Source of the DNA: a virus
Reading direction: 5' to 3' (one strand)
Virus record (IMG/VR): IMGVR_UViG_3300046328_000506
Coordinates: 66,172 to 130,171 of that record
Length of the DNA stretch: 64,000 nucleotides
Both the position numbers and the translations under genes were made by a program. The notes under the pieces were generated by a model. The model ran no database searches. It saw nothing but the letters and a program-made list of their open reading frames with translations, and was not told the origin of the DNA. Shown one piece after another: positions 39,671 to 48,959 of the stretch (positions are counted from its first letter, which is position 1; each line of letters opens with the position of its first letter).

Positions 39671-40180
39671 ATGGATAAATATATATTCTTAGATATAGAT
39701 GGAGTTCTTGCTACACCAGATTTTGTTAAAAATGGTTTGTGGGCAATTAATCCTGCAAAACAAGAGTTACTAAAAATTATCTTAGATAAAACTGACGCTA
39801 AAATAGTATTATCAAGTAGTTGGAGAAAGAAAACCGTAGAACATACAAAACAATATATGACTGAGAACAATTTTTTGTTTTCAGATAAAATTGTTGGAGT
39901 TACAATTAGAGCATATCATTATCTTGATAAATCTAAATCAATTCATCTATCAATTCCAAGAGGTGTAGAAATAGACCAGTGGATTGATACTAATGTACAT
40001 AGTGAGAATGGAAAAAACTTTGAAAGAAAAATTCATGGTAAAGACTTTACTTATGTTATATTAGATGATGATTATGATATGCTATTAGAACAAAAAGATA
40101 ACTACTTAAAATGTGGTTGGGATACAGGATTAACAATGGAAATTGTAGAAAAAGCTATACAGATATTAAACAATGATTAA
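39671..40180 (+). CDS. HAD-superfamily phosphatase (type found in Swiss-army-knife RNA repair proteins)
   Basis: IFLDIDGVL, IVLSSSWR, RGVEI, YVILDDD, GLT motifs. Confidence 0.85.
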   Translation: MDKYIFLDIDGVLATPDFVKNGLWAINPAKQELLKIILDKTDAKIVLSSSWRKKTVEHTKQYMTENNFLFSDKIVGVTIRAYHYLDKSKSIHLSIPRGVEIDQWIDTNVHSENGKNFERKIHGKDFTYVILDDDYDMLLEQKDNYLKCGWDTGLTMEIVEKAIQILNND

Positions 40181-42449
40181 ACTTACAAATAGGTATAGAT
40201 TTAGTCCTACAAGACTTACATCTAATGCAGTAGATAGTATAGTAGATAAAAGTCCTGTAACATACAGTGATTATGGAAGGAAGAATGAGCATAGTAGATT
40301 AGTTTTATTTGAGCAAGTTTACAACAAACAACAAATCTATGCAGCAGAAAATGCAGTAAAAAATGAGTTTAATGAAGTTCAATTCTCAAATGGTAACGAC
40401 AGGAACTTTGGTTCAGAGGAAATTCGTAAATGCTGGATGTGGGTTCATAATAGCATTACTGAAGATGTAATTGATAGAAAAATTGCAAAGAAGAATATAT
40501 TACGTATCATGTCAAGGTATCCTATTTTTACCAAAAGTGCATACCAAAAGAAATTCATTGCAGGGGAAAATATTGAGAAGTGGATTGACGATTTAGCAGC
40601 TTTTCAATTGTGTAAAAATGCCGAAGGCACACCAATTAGAACTAAAACTGATTATATGTTTTTCATGCACTCTGTACTGATAGATGGCGAAGTTACACCA
40701 GATAAAGCAATAGATTATATTGGTAAGTTATATAATGTTAGTTTGTTACCAGATAATTATACAGTAGAAGGAACGTTAATTGAGGGTAATGCTCAACTTT
40801 GTAGTGTAGAGAAACCTGCCTGTACGATAGATATTCGTAAAATAACTAAATACTATGATAAATCTTCTACTCACGAATTAGCAGAAGCAGAGTTTGATTT
40901 AGAAGGTTGCGTCAATGAACACATAAATACATTTTAATAATTAAACACAATTAAAAACTATGGAAAAATTTGAAATTGAAGCAACATTACCTAATGGTTA
41001 TGAGCTTTACGAATTTAGAAGGAATAACACAAATAGAAAAGAAGAAAATAGAAATTCTATTTATGGTTATTCAATTTTTATCACACAAGATGATTGCATT
41101 GTTACTAAAGATGGTAATGTTGTATTTTCATGCAATGTTGTTTGGGGAAGTAAAGTTAAAATTAATCTTCAAAGTTTAACCTTACAAAAATTTCAAGAAG
41201 CATTTTTTGGTGAGGAAATAATTGACTTTAAAAAATAAACTTATGAAAATTATAGATTTTAAAAAAATAAAGTTGCAACATCATTGTATTGCCACATTTA
41301 ATAAGCTGGGTATTTTTGTAAATGATTTACATACAGGCTTTAATGAATTAGATAAGCTTGGGTTGTATGTAACAGTACACCCAATGTTAGATTTTTCTAA
41401 TTTATATAGCAACTGGTCTTTTGAGATAAGCAAAAATACTGGTTTTGTTATTTCAGAGGGATTTGGGTACTTAACTCGTGATGAGGCTTCTTTAGAAGCT
41501 ATAAAACAAGCATTAAAAATTTATGAAAGCAAATCAATATAAAGTATCTAAAATAAAATATGATACTGATGGTGTAAAAGTAAAGTTACCAAAAACTTTA
41601 TTAATTGATGTTCCTGCTGATATTACTGATGAAGATGAAATTGAAGAATATATTAGTGATGAGATTAGTAATCAAACTGGATATTGTCATAAAGAATTTG
41701 AAATAAAACCTGAAATAAATGAAAGCAATCACATTTAAACACCAACACAAACTTTATACAGTTTATTATTATCAAACTGATGATAACTGCACCATTGACC
41801 AAATTTATAGTAGTGCAGAACTGTTGTATGATGAAACTTCAAACTTTAAATCTAAAAACTTAAAAGTTTCATTAGAATTTTTTACAAACATTATAAACAA
41901 AAACTTTCAATGAAACGAAATATAGCAATAGACCCAAGATTGTTAATTAATGATGAAACTTTTACTTTTGTAAATGTTCCTTCTATGTATGATGGGTTTA
42001 CAGATGTAATGTATAAAGGTCATAGAATAGCTATTATTAATGGTGGTTCATCACCTTTACATTGGACTGTAAGTGGTTCTAATATTACAGTAGAAGTAAT
42101 TGATAAATTAGAAAATTTAGTCAAAAAATTAATTATTCAAACAGCAAGTATTACGGAATATTCTTTTGTGCGTGATGGTAAAATTGTAAATATTACAGTA
42201 ATGGATACTGATTTACCAAATAACGATAATCGTTCAGTAGCAAATATTTTTTATGATGAGTTTGGAGTAAATTTTTTACCTTTTCATGTTGATAAATTGC
42301 TTGAAGAGTTTTACACAGAATTTGATAAAGATAACATTCAAATTTGTAAAGAGTTATTTGAACAAATGAAATCTTTAAACTTTTCAGAAAATACAATACA
42401 CCAAGTAGAATCTTCTCTAATTGCTTGGGAAATGATTAACCTAAATTGA
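40173..42449 (+). other. Hypothetical ORFs (40173-40937, 40960-41238, about 41243-41542, 41523-41738, 41719-41913, 41910-42449)
   Basis: Co-oriented, often overlapping ORFs. Confidence 0.6.
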
Positions 42450-42483
42450 TAAATCAATTACAGAAACTAAATATTAAATACAA

Positions 42484-42573
42484 ATGAATTTAAAAAAACT
42501 TGTTAATGACTTTTTAGAATTTCTTAAAGGTCTTCCTCCTGTATTGCTTGGAGTGGTGTTCACAGTAATTTAA
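42484..42573 (+). pseudogene. Truncated 5' stub homologous to the N-terminus of the gene at 43359
   Basis: MNLKKLVNDFLEFLKGLPPVLLGVVFTVI* aligns with MNNLKQFFENLLKWFDEISPLMIGLIFSTI. Confidence 0.6.
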
Positions 42574-42577
42574 TTAT

Positions 42578-43366
42578 ATGAAACAGGCATTTAAAAACAC
42601 AAAAGATAGTTCAAATATCACAGATTCTGAATTATTACAAATTGGAATTTATAAACTTTATTTTGATAATTATGATAAAGTTTATATAGGTTCTACAAAA
42701 AAATCTTTTAGAAAAAGATTGTTTCAACACATTCATTCTTTAAATATAAAACGACACAAAAATAAAATATTACAATCTTATTGTGATGATAATTTAAGTG
42801 CCGTTTTAAAATTTGAAATACTTGAAATAGTTATTGACGAAGCTTTGCTAAAAGACAGAGAACAACATTATCTTGATTTATTTAAAGAACGCTTGTTTAA
42901 CCAACAATTATTTGCTTATAGTGGGAAAGGTTTTGTAATGCCAAAAGGTAGACGTAATGGTCTCGAAACAAAATGTTTGCAATATTCAATGGATGGTGAT
43001 TTTATTCAACAATTTAACAGTCTTTCTGAAGCAGGAAAGATTTTAAATATTGGAAGCACTCACATAACAACTGTTTGTAGAGGTAGATTACATTCAACAG
43101 GTGGTTTTAGATTTACGTATTATAAAGAAAATTTTCCATTGAAACTTCCTCCAATAAAACACAAAGAAAGAGGTAAATCGTTTTATATTGGAGTTAAAGC
43201 GATTGATGAGTTTGGTAATTATTTTAATTGTGAATCAATACATGAGTTTTGTAAAATTTCGGGAATTGACCAAAGAAGAATAAGCAGAATGATTAGTTCT
43301 AAACATAATGATTGGTTTAAGCCAAGATTTAAAAAAATTAAATATAAACTTTTATTTGATGAATAA
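42578..43366 (+). CDS. Free-standing GIY-YIG homing endonuclease with a NUMOD1 DNA-binding domain
   Basis: GIYKLY...YIGST...R...H...FEILE...REQHY; QYSMDGDFIQQFNSLSEAG. Confidence 0.9.
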   Translation: MKQAFKNTKDSSNITDSELLQIGIYKLYFDNYDKVYIGSTKKSFRKRLFQHIHSLNIKRHKNKILQSYCDDNLSAVLKFEILEIVIDEALLKDREQHYLDLFKERLFNQQLFAYSGKGFVMPKGRRNGLETKCLQYSMDGDFIQQFNSLSEAGKILNIGSTHITTVCRGRLHSTGGFRFTYYKENFPLKLPPIKHKERGKSFYIGVKAIDEFGNYFNCESIHEFCKISGIDQRRISRMISSKHNDWFKPRFKKIKYKLLFDE

Positions 43367-44024
43367 TTTAAAACAATTTTTTGAAAACTTACTAAAATGG
43401 TTTGATGAAATATCACCATTGATGATTGGATTGATATTTTCTACAATTCCAATGCTTATACATTCTTTTTACGCATTATATATTAATGAGAAAGAATCAA
43501 TTCCAGATTTCCTAAGAATGTCAAGTTCTGCAATGGCAGCAATAGGAATAGAGTTTCTTGTATTCTTATATGCTTTAAAAGGTAGGGGTAATAATGTATG
43601 GGTTGCTTGGGGATTTTTTGTCTGTCAAATTGTTCTTAACTTGTTATATTATTTGGCTGGTGAAACTAACTTACTTAGTGCAGCTAATGGTATTCGAGTA
43701 TTTTTAGCAATTACAGTACCTTCTTCTATTATGGCTTATTCTCATCTTATTACTAAAATAAAAGAAGAAAGATTGAGATTGGAGAAAGAGTTAAAGCAAC
43801 AAGAAGCTATTAATACAGTTGTAGAAACTACACAAGCAATAACAGAGCAAGTTCAAGAAATTAAAAAGAAAATGAATAAGTTTCCTAAAAGAACTAAGGA
43901 GGAAATTGCTATGAATATTCCTAAAAATAAAGTACGTTCTTATCGTAATGGCAAATATACTCCTGTATTAGGAAGTGACGGTAAAGTAGTTGATAATTCA
44001 AACAAAACTAAAATAATTGTATAA
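43359..44024 (+). CDS. Four-TM membrane protein with a C-terminal coiled coil
   Basis: Four hydrophobic segments; probable start ATG 43359. Confidence 0.7.
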   Translation: MNNLKQFFENLLKWFDEISPLMIGLIFSTIPMLIHSFYALYINEKESIPDFLRMSSSAMAAIGIEFLVFLYALKGRGNNVWVAWGFFVCQIVLNLLYYLAGETNLLSAANGIRVFLAITVPSSIMAYSHLITKIKEERLRLEKELKQQEAINTVVETTQAITEQVQEIKKKMNKFPKRTKEEIAMNIPKNKVRSYRNGKYTPVLGSDGKVVDNSNKTKIIV

Positions 44025-44100
44025 TGGGAATATTTATTTCAATCGTGATATTTTTTGGAATCGTAATTTATTTTGATAATTTAAACAACACAAAAACAAG

Positions 44101-44325
44101 ATGATGACAAGTAATCTTAAAACATTAAATCAATTTATTCTTGAATTACAAGAATTAGTTGAGTTAGCACCACATTTAGGAGAATTACCTTGCATTTATT
44201 TTAGTGACAATGAGGGTAATGATTGGGAATATTTACGAAATAGTCCTTGTACTGCACTAATAGAAGATGGTGGAGTAACTACTGATGTTAATGATAACTA
44301 TGCAACAGCAATCTGTATAAACTAA
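44101..44325 (+). CDS. Hypothetical phage protein
   Basis: YFSDNEGND...AICIN pattern. Confidence 0.55.
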   Translation: MMTSNLKTLNQFILELQELVELAPHLGELPCIYFSDNEGNDWEYLRNSPCTALIEDGGVTTDVNDNYATAICIN

Positions 44326-44480
44326 CATTATGTTTACAATCACTCAATGTCCAAAATGTAAGCAAGATTTCATGTATCATAATTCAGATACACACTTGCG
44401 TACAAAACGTGGTAAAGTAATCTGCCAAGATTGTTATGAAAAACAAAAGAAAAATTTAACAACTTTAAAAGATTAATAAT

Positions 44481-45179
44481 ATGAATACTTTAGAAGAAAT
44501 ATATTCAACACCATTACCAATTGAAACATCGAGTTATAAACCAGTTTCACATCAAAGATTAATAGAGACAACCAAAGAGGTTTGTGATAAGATGAATTTA
44601 GCTATCTCAAATGAAAGGTATATGACTAAAAGTGATGGAGAAATCTTAACTGGTTATTTTAACATATCTTCTATGCAAGACAGTGAAATGTGTCTAAGGG
44701 TTGCTTTTCAAAATTCTTATAACAAAAAAGTTACACTAAAATTTTCTGTGGGTTGCAACGTGTTCGTGTGTGAGAATGGTGTAGTAAGGGGTGATGTAGG
44801 TACTTATAAAAGGAAACATACTGGGGATATAAGTGAAGTAACTCCTGCGAGAATTGAAGAAATTTTGTGTTGTGTAGAGAATAATTTTCAAACACTCGCT
44901 AATCACCGCAATCAAATGAAAAACATTGAGGTTGATAAGAAAATTGTTAATGAATTAATTGGAGATTTGTATTTACATGAAGGAATTATCAAAGAAACTC
45001 AAATTAGTATCATTAAGAATGAAGTTAGGAAACCTTCTTTCAACTACAATGCTCCAAATAGTCTTTGGGAAACTTATAATCATATTACACATGGTTTGAA
45101 GAATGTTCATGCAGCTAATTTTATAGACGTGCATGGTCAGTTGCACGAATACATGGTAGATAAATTTCAATTAGTTTAA
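44481..45179 (+). CDS. DUF932-family protein
   Basis: YKPVSH, NSYNK, VFVCENG, RKHT, SLWETYNHIT motifs. Confidence 0.8.
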   Translation: MNTLEEIYSTPLPIETSSYKPVSHQRLIETTKEVCDKMNLAISNERYMTKSDGEILTGYFNISSMQDSEMCLRVAFQNSYNKKVTLKFSVGCNVFVCENGVVRGDVGTYKRKHTGDISEVTPARIEEILCCVENNFQTLANHRNQMKNIEVDKKIVNELIGDLYLHEGIIKETQISIIKNEVRKPSFNYNAPNSLWETYNHITHGLKNVHAANFIDVHGQLHEYMVDKFQLV

Positions 45180-45198
45180 CCTTAACTCAAAAAATTAT

Positions 45199-45624
45199 AT
45201 GGGAAGTGTTTCAAGTAATATAGAATGTGTAAGATGTGGTTCAGAAGAGGCTTTTGAAGACTACAACTATAAAAGTGGTGAATGTTTCACAAGCTGTCCT
45301 GATTGTGGGCGTACTGAAAACCACTATTACAAACGTGATGATGAAGGTAAATATCTAAGGGTAGATGAAACAAAGGATTTTACTTATGATAATCTTATTC
45401 CTGTAAATGATATTGTAGATAATCCTTATGCTGCTTTTAGAATTGACCACGAAAGACATGGAGAATGTGGTCATCTTTTAACAAAAGAAGATTACGAAGA
45501 TTTTGTTGCTCACGTTATTTCATTTATCAATCAACCAAATGATGTAGTATTTGCATCTACAAGTAGATTTGAAGATGGGAAAATTATAAAAGAATGTCTT
45601 TACGCAAAGAAAAATGAAGAATAA
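45199..45624 (+). CDS. Zn-ribbon protein
   Basis: CVRCG...CPDCG. Confidence 0.65.
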   Translation: MGSVSSNIECVRCGSEEAFEDYNYKSGECFTSCPDCGRTENHYYKRDDEGKYLRVDETKDFTYDNLIPVNDIVDNPYAAFRIDHERHGECGHLLTKEDYEDFVAHVISFINQPNDVVFASTSRFEDGKIIKECLYAKKNEE

Positions 45625-45656
45625 TTTGGTAATGTCGTTTTTAATCTTTACTTTTG
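45625..45656 (+). promoter_or_regulatory. Bacteroidota promoter
   Basis: TTTG-N20-TACTTTTG. Confidence 0.75.
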
Positions 45657-45690
45657 TAGTATAATTTATTAACTTAATTTTATAAGACAA

Positions 45691-45870
45691 ATGGAAGATT
45701 TAAAAAGAATTTTAAGCGAGATTGAAGTAGATTACAAAAAATTCATGGAAAAAGGCAATAAGGCTGCAGGTACACGAGTTAGAACTAAGTCTATGGAGTA
45801 CATTAAAGCAATTAGAGCTTTTCGTTTAAGTGTATTGGAACAAGCACAAGCTATGACAACTAACGCTTAA
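45691..45870 (+). CDS. Histone H1-like Hc1-family protein (59 aa, absent from the ORF track)
   Basis: MEDLKRILSEIEVDYKKFMEKGNKAAGTRVRTKSMEYIKAIRAFRLSV; has its own promoter and terminator. Confidence 0.85.
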   Translation: MEDLKRILSEIEVDYKKFMEKGNKAAGTRVRTKSMEYIKAIRAFRLSVLEQAQAMTTNA

Positions 45871-45894
45871 TTTCAACAATTTATTTTAATGCAA

Positions 45895-45934
45895 AAATAA
45901 ACCTATTCATTCGTTTGGATAGGTTTATTTATTT
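45895..45934 (+). terminator. Intrinsic terminator
   Basis: aaataaacctattca/tggataggtttattt. Confidence 0.65.
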
Positions 45935-45966
45935 GTTTAATTTTGTGATAAATAACTAAAAAATAT

Positions 45967-46545
45967 ATGTACAGACAAAAAAGTAATCTACAAGAAATAC
46001 ATGAGTGGTTAAGTGTTGCTAAAACACTTCCAGAAACTCCACAAATGCCATCACCAGACGTTCAGAAACTCGTTCTAAGCATAGTTCTTGAAGAATTGAG
46101 TGAATTAGCCGAAGCTGGTGGGATAGATGTTTTAGAGCAATTTACAGAGCTTTTAGAAAGAAAGATTTATTCACTACTACTACAAATTAGTTCTGCAAAA
46201 AAACAAAAAACAATTATAGGCAGTAGTGAATTAAAAGAAGGTTTATCTCATTATTTAGACGCTTTGGTAGACTTAGAGTGGACAGCACACAATGGAACTT
46301 GCTTTTCAGGTCTTACAAAAGAATACTCTGAACATTTTGAAAAAGTAACAAAGGCTAATTGGAGTAAGTTTGATGTAAATGCAAAAGATGCTTTTATTAC
46401 TAAACAAAATTATTTGGATAAGGGTATAGATACTCACTTTGAAGAAAAGGTCTTGAATGATACAACTTATTATGTAACATATAGAAATGATAAAAAGATT
46501 ATGAAGTCTTATCGTTTCAAAGAACCACAATTAACTTTATTTTAA
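45967..46545 (+). CDS. MazG/HisE-like NTP pyrophosphohydrolase
   Basis: LEELSELAEA...LDALVDLEW...VTKANWSKF...KIMKS. Confidence 0.8.
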   Translation: MYRQKSNLQEIHEWLSVAKTLPETPQMPSPDVQKLVLSIVLEELSELAEAGGIDVLEQFTELLERKIYSLLLQISSAKKQKTIIGSSELKEGLSHYLDALVDLEWTAHNGTCFSGLTKEYSEHFEKVTKANWSKFDVNAKDAFITKQNYLDKGIDTHFEEKVLNDTTYYVTYRNDKKIMKSYRFKEPQLTLF

Positions 46546-46548
46546 CTA

Positions 46549-48318
46549 ATGATACAAGAACACGAAACAAGAATACCTAATTTTTCATTGTACGAAGGAC
46601 ACGATAAAAAATGGTTGTTTGATAATAACTATGATGTTGTGTGGTATGCAAAGAGTATAGACCTTTCAAAACCTATAAGTGAAGGAGTTGTATATAGCTT
46701 TCACGATGAAGAATATTTTACTTTTTGTGCTCCTGCTAACTTAGATTTAGAAGAAACTATGGTGTATGAGACAAAAGATTACATATTCGAAGAATTTATT
46801 ATTGACCTTAATTTGTATTAATATGATGTATTTAAAATCAATACATGATGAAACTTATTACTATTTTAGTGCAGAAGAAGTAATGGTAAAAATGTTTACA
46901 AGTAATGCTGTAGAAAGAGGTTGGACAACTAATCAAAATCCTTATTATTTGGGAAGCACATCTAAATATGCTGTACAAATGGAACAAACACAAGAGATTA
47001 CAAAAGAAGCATATATGATTGCATATAATAAGTTTGTAAATGGATTTTTAACTTTTAAATACGTTTAGTTTACTAAACACTTTTAATATGCAAGAAACTA
47101 CATATAAAGTATTAATGTATAATGGTGGTTATGTGGATTTTGAAAAAATATCATCAGGAATTTACACAAAACAAACTCCTTCGTTATATGACGCAGAAAC
47201 TACAATAGAAAATCTAATTGTTAGAATAAAAGATATTCAGATAAGTGATGATTGGACAGCAAATATTGTTGAAAATTTAAGACAATGTGAATTAGTTGAA
47301 GTTAAATTAACTTTTGTAAAATAATATGACAAAACGAGAAGTTGTATTAAATCAAATTCATTTACAAGAAAAACTTCAACAAGCAGGATTTAATATTGTA
47401 GAATGTGGTAATTGTGGTACAGTATTAATTCACAAAACTGGTGATGAAACTACACATTGTTTTTGTGGGGAAGAAATGGATTTATGTGATTGTTCAGACT
47501 TGTATTATTCAGGAATGGAAAATAATAAAGAATTTGAAGAAAAATAATATGAAAGACGTAATAGTTAAGTTTGTTCCCAATCTTGAAGTTGGTGAGCTAC
47601 ATGCTCTTATACTTATTGAGCAGGACGATTGTAGTAAAGTAGTATTACTATGTCAAGATAGAATTTGTGTAGCAATAAAAGATGGTGAAGTGTACAGACC
47701 ATATCCTAATACGCACGCATTAGATTTATTTGATTATATAAATGGTACAATGTAAACAAAACATACCAAGAATTACGTGATAATAATAAATTGTAAAAAA
47801 ATAACATGAAAACATTTAATGAAGTACAAGAGATTTTTAATAGCTTATCTGTATATGAATTAATTGAATATCATACAGAATTAGTTGAATATAGTTTATA
47901 TCCATCAGAGCAAGATATGCCGTTAGTTTATAAAGTTGTTAGATTAGTGTATGGTGAAGTTGATATGATTCATTTACAAGTTAATGCTTTACATTGGCAT
48001 TTTGCTTCTGCTTGTGTTAAAACTTTGAAAAAATTACCTAAATTAGTTTAAAATAATATGAAAGACAGAAAAGAAATTATAGACCATTTATTTCAGTCAG
48101 CTTGTGGTTATGGTATGGCTGAGGGAAATGGAATACAATCTAAGTTTGATGTAGATGGTGATTATATGCCAAATAAATCAGGTGGTACTGTGGAAGGTGG
48201 TAAAAAAGCATTTGCTAAATGTATAAATGCTATACCAGAAAAATACTTTGAAGATTTTTTATACACTTTGTATAGAATTGCTGATAAAAGTGGTTCTGAT
48301 GGATTTTCAATAGATTAA
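46549..48318 (+). other. Small hypothetical ORFs (46549-46821, about 46823-47068, 47088-47324, 47326-47547 Cys-rich, 47549-47755, 47806-48051, 48058-48318)
   Basis: Closely packed, co-oriented ORFs. Confidence 0.6.
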
Positions 48319-48340
48319 TTTAAAAATAATTTGTTTGAGA

Positions 48341-48372
48341 TTTGGATAATATAAATATTTGTTGTACCTTTG
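48341..48372 (+). promoter_or_regulatory. Bacteroidota promoter
   Basis: TTTG-N20-TACCTTTG. Confidence 0.75.
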
Positions 48373-48378
48373 CATCAA

Positions 48379-48553
48379 TGACGAGAACAACACCAAATAT
48401 ACGTATTATTACAAAGAAATTTGTGGGATTTATTACAGAAGAAGTCTGTTAATAGGTTTCATTTTTTTGTTAAACTATTCCCTCTGGGTGCGTATATTTG
48501 TAGAAGTTCTCGTCAAACTTACTAATGAATATTTCCCAGAGGGATTTTTGTTT
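48379..48553 (+). promoter_or_regulatory. Structured leader with alternative pairings and a terminator-like hairpin
   Basis: tgacgagaac/gttctcgtca and caaatatacg/cgtatatttg versus tccctctggg/cccagaggga followed by tttttgttt. Confidence 0.55.
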
Positions 48554-48588
48554 ACTTGCCCTATAACTAAGTTTGCCTCAAACAATGT

Positions 48589-48717
48589 ATGAGGACTATT
48601 AATGAACATCAGATGACACCTAATCAATATGGAAGTCGTTACAACAGTCGTACTATTACGGCTTTGGATAAGGTAATGTTCACCCTTATCAAAATTCCCA
48701 GATTGACCGCATTATAA
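48589..48717 (+). CDS. Possible 42-aa leader peptide
   Basis: MRTINEHQMTPNQYGSRYNSRTITALDKVMFTLIKIPRLTAL*. Confidence 0.3.
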   Translation: MRTINEHQMTPNQYGSRYNSRTITALDKVMFTLIKIPRLTAL

Positions 48718-48959
48718 CCTTTTAGGGCTTAGTTTTGACAAATAATGTGCTGGTTCTTATACTCAAACTTCCGATGTACGCAGTTAAACTAAGTGGGGAG
48801 TTGAGTGATATGACGAAACGTATTTTTACTTAATTCACCCCTACACTATTGTTCAATTTAAAGCAATTTTTATTTTATTGGGGCGTAGGGGATATTAGTT
48901 CCATTCTGAAATGTATGTGTATTATTTACACTAAGCTAAAATTTTAATTAAATAAAACT

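Noticed and set aside
42484-43366. Group I intron around the GIY-YIG gene
   Set aside because: Only 4 nt separate stub and endonuclease, and the downstream gene overlaps the endonuclease stop, leaving no room for a ribozyme core
48359-48592. 77-aa TTG-start ORF over the structured leader
   Set aside because: Its start lies inside the promoter, upstream of the predicted transcription start; the region is better explained as regulatory
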